This document shows, piece after piece, positions 58,746-64,000 of a DNA stretch of 64,000 bases (the stretch's first letter is position 1; each line of letters opens with the position of its first letter). The stretch is from Neoconidiobolus thromboides FSU 785 (Eukaryota > Fungi > Entomophthoromycota), in NCBI GenBank assembly GCA_025603075.1, contig MU626268.1, forward strand, positions 1-64,000, in the 5' to 3' direction. A program made the translations under genes and the position numbers. The notes beneath the pieces are model-generated. The model was not told the origin of the DNA. It worked only from the letters and a program-made list of their open reading frames with translations, and did no database searches.

Positions 58746-60622
58746 ATGAGTTTAGAACACAATGAGAGTAAATAATACAGATGATAATAAAATATAAATA
58801 ATAATATCCGACTTTATAATAGATCCAAGCAGCTTGATAGATATTAGAGATGGAGAAAAACAAGTGGAGATAATCCAATTAATTTTACAATATTTGGATG
58901 ATTTAGGGTTTCAAAATAGTAAATTAGTATTAGCGGACGAAGCGTCAAGTTATTTGAAAGAAAAGGAAATTAAACAAGTTGATATTGAGCGAATGAAAGG
59001 ATTAATTGTTGATGGGGAATGGTTAGAAGTTGAAAAATTATTACAAAAACCAGTTTTGAAGTTAAGTATTATAAATAAAAGTTTACATTACCAAATTTAT
59101 AAACAACAATACTTGGAATTAATTGAATTACATGAAACTCAAAAAGCGTTTAACTTACTAAATAAGAGATTAAAACCATTGGAAACACAACATGTTATTA
59201 ATCAACAAGAATTTAAAGATTTATGTTATCTGCTAACTTGTAATTCAGTTCAAGAACACTTAAATTTTAAATCTTGGTTAGGTATTAGTAAAGAAAGAGA
59301 AAATTTATGTTTATCTATCAATAATTTATTAAATTTAGAACATTTTGAAAAAAATGAAAGTCAGTTATTACCGACTTTACCACCGAATCGATTATTAACT
59401 TTATTAAATCAGGCCGTTCATTACCAAGTTAATAAATATGAACATTTAAAAAATAAGTCACAAAACAATCAAATTGATTCTTTATTTATAGATTATGAAC
59501 CTATACCAATACCTAATAAAATCAAACACATATTAAAGGGTCATCATAAAAATGTTAAAAGTATTTGTAATTTTAATAATACTAACTTGGTTGCTTCAGC
59601 TGGTTCAGATACTAAGATACTAATTTGGAACTTAAATAATGACAATGAAGTAATACATCCTACTGCTTATTTAGAAGGTCATCAAGCTAGAATTTGGGAA
59701 TTAAGTAATAATAATGAAGGACATCTATTGGCTTCTGCATCTGCAGATAAAACAGTTAAATTGTGGTGTTTTAATGAAAACTTATTGGAGAATAATGGAG
59801 ATATCAATGTCAACAATAAGATAAACAATATAACAGCAACGAACTCTCAAGAATATGCTAATAATCATAATATTTATGATTTGAAATTAAATACCCATTC
59901 GAATTATAATAGTATGAGTTGTATTAAAACATACTCAATGCATAGTCATGATGTTTACACAGTGAAATTCCATCCTAATAAAAAGTATCATTTAGCTTCA
60001 GCAGGTTATGATAAAAAAATTCAACTATTTGATATTAACAGAGAAAATTCATCTATTAAACAATTTAATGGACATCAATTAGCTGTTACATCAATTACTT
60101 TTAATCCAAATGGGAATCTATTAATTAGTGGGTAAGCTTATTTATTTTTATTACTATTGGATAATATAATGTATTTACTTTTTATCTTATAGTTCCAAAG
60201 ATTGTAGTGTTAAATTATATGATATCAGTAGCGGTTTGAATATTAAAACTCTTGGTCATCATTTAGGTGAATTGACTTCAGTGCAAAGTGACAATAGTGG
60301 CTTATACCTTCTCACGAGTAGTAAAGATAACAATCATCGTTTATGGGATATGAGGATGTTAAACAAACCCAAAATAAAATTCAAAGGTCATCAAAATACA
60401 TCGAAACATTTTATTAAAGCACGATTTATTGGAAATCAATTTATTGCTTCAGGCTCTGAAAATTCCAATTATTTTATTTGGGATCGATTTAATGGTAATA
60501 TTGTTAATGAATTAAATGTACCTAATTTAAATGGGACAGTATATGATGCGGCTTATAATACATTAAATGATTCATTGGTTGTATGCTCGGATTCAAATGA
60601 TTTGGTCGTATGGGGTTATTAA
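58746..60622 (+). CDS. LisH/CTLH + WD40-repeat protein; exons 58746-58767, 58823-60131, 60193-60622
   Basis: IIQLILQYLDDLGF (LisH), GEWLEVE..KQQYLELI (CTLH), LPPNRLLTLL, repeated GH..WD/ASAD WD40 units; true ATG at 58746 via a short intron. Confidence 0.88.
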
Positions 60623-60786
60623 TCTTTTTTTATTGAAATGAGTTAATCGTAAGAGATTATTAATTTTTGTTTATTGTTAATAATAAATTTAAATAAAATA
60701 AATAATAAATATAATATATTGACTTCTTTCTTTTATTTGATTGAAAAGAAATAACCGGCAAACGCGTGTTTAGATAGAAACTGGAT

Positions 60787-63700
60787 TTAATTTTTTATTT
60801 TGGATTTAATAGCTATAGTAATAAATATATTAATGACTTTATAATAAATATAATAAAGCTAATAAATTACCTAAAGAAACTTTATCGCCTGTTGAAATTA
60901 AAAATTAAAAAATTAATAAACACAATAAACAATTAGAATAAAAAAAATTACCTAAAGCTAAAGCCAACCCTTGAGCTTTAGAACGAATACGAATATGACC
61001 TTGAATCGAATTTTCCTTTCTTTCCACGGATAAATTAGCCAATGCATCTTCTCCAAAAATAGTTTTAGCATATAAATTGGTGGATAAAAAGTAACAATCT
61101 TCTTCTTCTAAATCTTTAATATTGGATAAAGGTTTCATATTGGTAGCTTGGCAAATTAAACTTAAGAAAGATTTTAAATCATCAGATACAGTATGATTTA
61201 AATTCACTTTGTTTTCCCACTCAAATTCTGTCCACATAGATCTAAATTGATGTAAATTACATTCTGATGAATAAATATAATCCATAATATCAATATGTAA
61301 ATCATTTAATAATATACTACTACTTCCTTCATTACTAGATTTTGGTAAATCGTAATTTAAGTTTCCAAATATAACTCCAGTTTCGGTAGATGCTACTTTA
61401 ATTGAAGCTCGAGTATTATAAAATTGATTTGCTGCTAATGTTGTACTGGTTGGTTTTTCAACTAATTTTAAATCACCTAAAGTAGCAAATTCTAGACTAA
61501 CATTTTGTAATGTTTCATCCGTCATATTTACCATTAATATATCTAACAATATATCAAATTGATGAACTTCAATTACAGCTTCACAATAAATAGCATCTGA
61601 AAATCCAGATAGTGAAATTATACGATCTAATTTAGTTACGTAACTTTCTTTAGCCTCTAATTCACCTGTAGCTTTAGTTAAATCCAATTCATATTCATTA
61701 TTATTATTTAATGAATTCTTGTTTTCAAAAAATCGAAAAGTCACTTTATCATCTACTTCGATTTTATTCTTTTTCTTTTGTTGATCTTTATTTTCACTAA
61801 CTTTTTCTTTTTGTAAATTTAACAAGTTTTTGTATGCTTTTTGACTATCTTCAGAATAAGCCAGTTGTAATTCTGGGTAACTATTAAAGCCACTTAACAT
61901 TTTTAAGTTTTCTAATACACGATCATAATTATCATTATCAATTGGTGAGATAGTAAATTGGGATTGTCCAAGTCTTAATATACTAGTCATAATTAACATA
62001 GCCTCCGCATGATATGAATTTAATTGTTGACTATCAATAGATAATTCTTTCATTCTCAATACTAATTTGGTAAGTGTAGAAGATAATACAGATGCTACAA
62101 AATAATCCCCACGTATCAATAAACTACGAATAGGTGGTCTTGGTGCTGATTTTAAAGCTTCTAAGTTGTTACTATTTGACGTAAATGTACTTTCTGTAGC
62201 ATAAGTACCATCAGCATTGACACGTCTAGATGATGACTGATAAGTTTGAGTGGTCTCAGGTTCATTACTACTTTGATCTTGTAACTTTTCAAGTTTTAAC
62301 TAAGTGGAATTACTTAATAAAATACTATTTTAATTTTATTATTTACCTGTTCTGAAGAAATAATTGGAATTTCGCCTAAACTCTCACGAATTTTTTGCCA
62401 TGCAGATTCAATTACTTTGAATAAAAAACTTAATATACAATTCTATTTTACAAATTCCATTATTGAAATTACCTTCCCTTTCAGTAGAATATTCACCAAT
62501 AACCCAAAGAGCACCACGTAAAGCTCTTGAAGTTTTAATATCTAAAAAGGAAGCTAATAAATTGGGTAAAATATTTGCTCTTAGTTCAGGGAATCTTTCT
62601 GCTACTTCTCTATTTAAATTAATTAATACTAGAAAATACGTTGAGTATATGATAATATGTATAATTACCTAATAAAAGAAATAACATCAACAGCAGCATT
62701 ATTATTGTTTTCTGATAAAAATTCGATTAGAACGTTAATGACTTTAGAAGCCACTTCAGGAAATTGGATAGCACAAGTATGAATTGATTTAATCAATAAT
62801 TCACGATATTCACTATTCTAGAAAATAAAAGATAAAAAACATCAATTTTGATCTCTCGACAATAACATAGTTAATGCTACCTTTTCATATTGTTGATCAT
62901 GGGTACGTGACAATTCTTTTTGTAAAAAATGAATAATCTCATCCACATTACGTTTATTAATCAATGAATTAGCGATCATTAATACTTTAGAACGTACATC
63001 AATATCTGGGCTGGAAGTTACAATTCTTAATAAATCCATAGCTAATTCAGAAAATAATCCAAAATTCTTTTTAGATAAAGATTCAAAACGATCTAATACA
63101 ATTAATTTAACATTGTTATCAGATTCTTTTAGGCCTAACTCTAAGAAGCAAGCACCAGAAGCTATTAAATTTAATTATTAATTGTTGGTTGAAATTAACT
63201 AAATGGTAAGTATTACCTTTAATAGCTACAGTGTTAGATGATAATAAAGGAAGAGATGTAGCAGCTTCATACTTAACGGAAGGTGAGGTAGCACTCAATA
63301 ATTCAACAACAGTTTGAATATATCTAGCCTAAAAAATAAAACCAATCAAACTGACCTTTCATAAAAGCAAAATTACAACTTACTTTTTCACCTACATTAT
63401 CAATGGCATCTTTACGAATATGCTCTAAGATAGCTAATTGAAGTAACTCATCAAATGAGATAATTTGTTCATAATTTTGCTTAATGAATTGGGTAGCTAA
63501 TTGAGGAGCAGTGTTACTTAACATAATAAAAGCATTACGTTTACAAGTAGCATCAGGTTCGGCTATAAGGAAAGATTGTAATAATTCTGGAGCATCAGGT
63601 AATAAATTGGGATGAATTTTATAAATGGAATGAATGGCATTAATGGCATTTTTTCTAACATAAGATAAACGATGTTCTAAACATGCTCTACAAGAGGGTA

Positions 63701-64000
63701 TCAATGGTTCTAATAATTCCACTTGTTGTAATTTACTTAAAAAGCGTAATGTTGCTCCACGAATGAATTCGTTGGGATGTTGTAAATCGTTACGAATGGC
63801 ATTACATACTAAGATCATTTCTTGTTTTAACTTACCTTCATTATCAAACTTTGGGCATACTTCCCAGTAAAAATGTAATATTTTTTTTAATACTTTGTTT
63901 TTAGTAGGCATAACAAAGCGGATAATATGCATTAAGAGATCCTCACAATTATCTCCATTTAGAATGAGATTGATAATTGACTTTAAACTGGATATCTTTT
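60787..64000 (-). CDS. SEC26: Coatomer subunit beta (beta-COP), 5' end outside window, multi-exon
   Basis: EMILVCNAIRNDLQHPNEFIRGATLRFL, QLSGFSD-like ISLSGFSDAIYCEA, FRSMWTEFEWENKV, IRIRSKAQGLALALGDK; last small exons 60871-60888 and 60787-60812. Confidence 0.96.

Noticed and set aside
58834-58836. ORF-track start of the WD40 gene
   Set aside because: It is a TTG; an upstream ATG exon (58746-58767) with a GT-AG intron gives a proper in-frame start.
15803-62672. Short ORFs opposite real genes or pseudogenes (15803, 17491, 41032, 46168, 48262, 54195, 57636, 58684, 62463)
   Set aside because: Antisense to well-supported coding sequence, with no motifs of their own.

Overview
Very AT-rich eukaryotic (fungal) genomic DNA with short GT-AG introns. 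The Zn2Cys6 factor, expanded F-box/LRR family and kelch-TM proteins suggest an early-diverging fungus such as Conidiobolus/Neoconidiobolus (inference only). Conserved genes: Zn2Cys6 TF, two kelch-TM paralogues, WrbA/Pst2-type quinone oxidoreductase, TTC36-like, RRP3, PWP1, SAM synthetase, an ASPM/Asp homologue with about 35 IQ motifs, RAX1, a LisH/CTLH-WD40 protein and beta-COP (cut by the window end). RNA genes: three identical tRNA-Gly(GCC), one tRNA-Asn(GTT) and a probable decayed tRNA-Gly. The intergenic DNA is a graveyard of nested repeats and pseudogenes. (1) A ~100-bp TA-targeting MITE family with about 25 copies; its TA duplication is supported by reading-frame restoration in two pseudogenes. 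(2) A ~460-bp TG..CA solo-LTR-like family with 4 copies. (3) An older ~220-bp repeat. (4) One intact and four dead F-box/LRR paralogues flanking ASPM. (5) A UGT pseudogene and a decayed two-domain gene resembling an uncharacterised ascomycete family. The most unusual signals are two cases where neighbouring inverted repeat copies are perfectly identical internally but diverged at their ends (local homogenisation), and the presence of a MITE next to every tRNA locus. No CRISPR, rRNA or autonomous transposase was found. All alignments and counts were done by eye; coordinates of degenerate elements are approximate.
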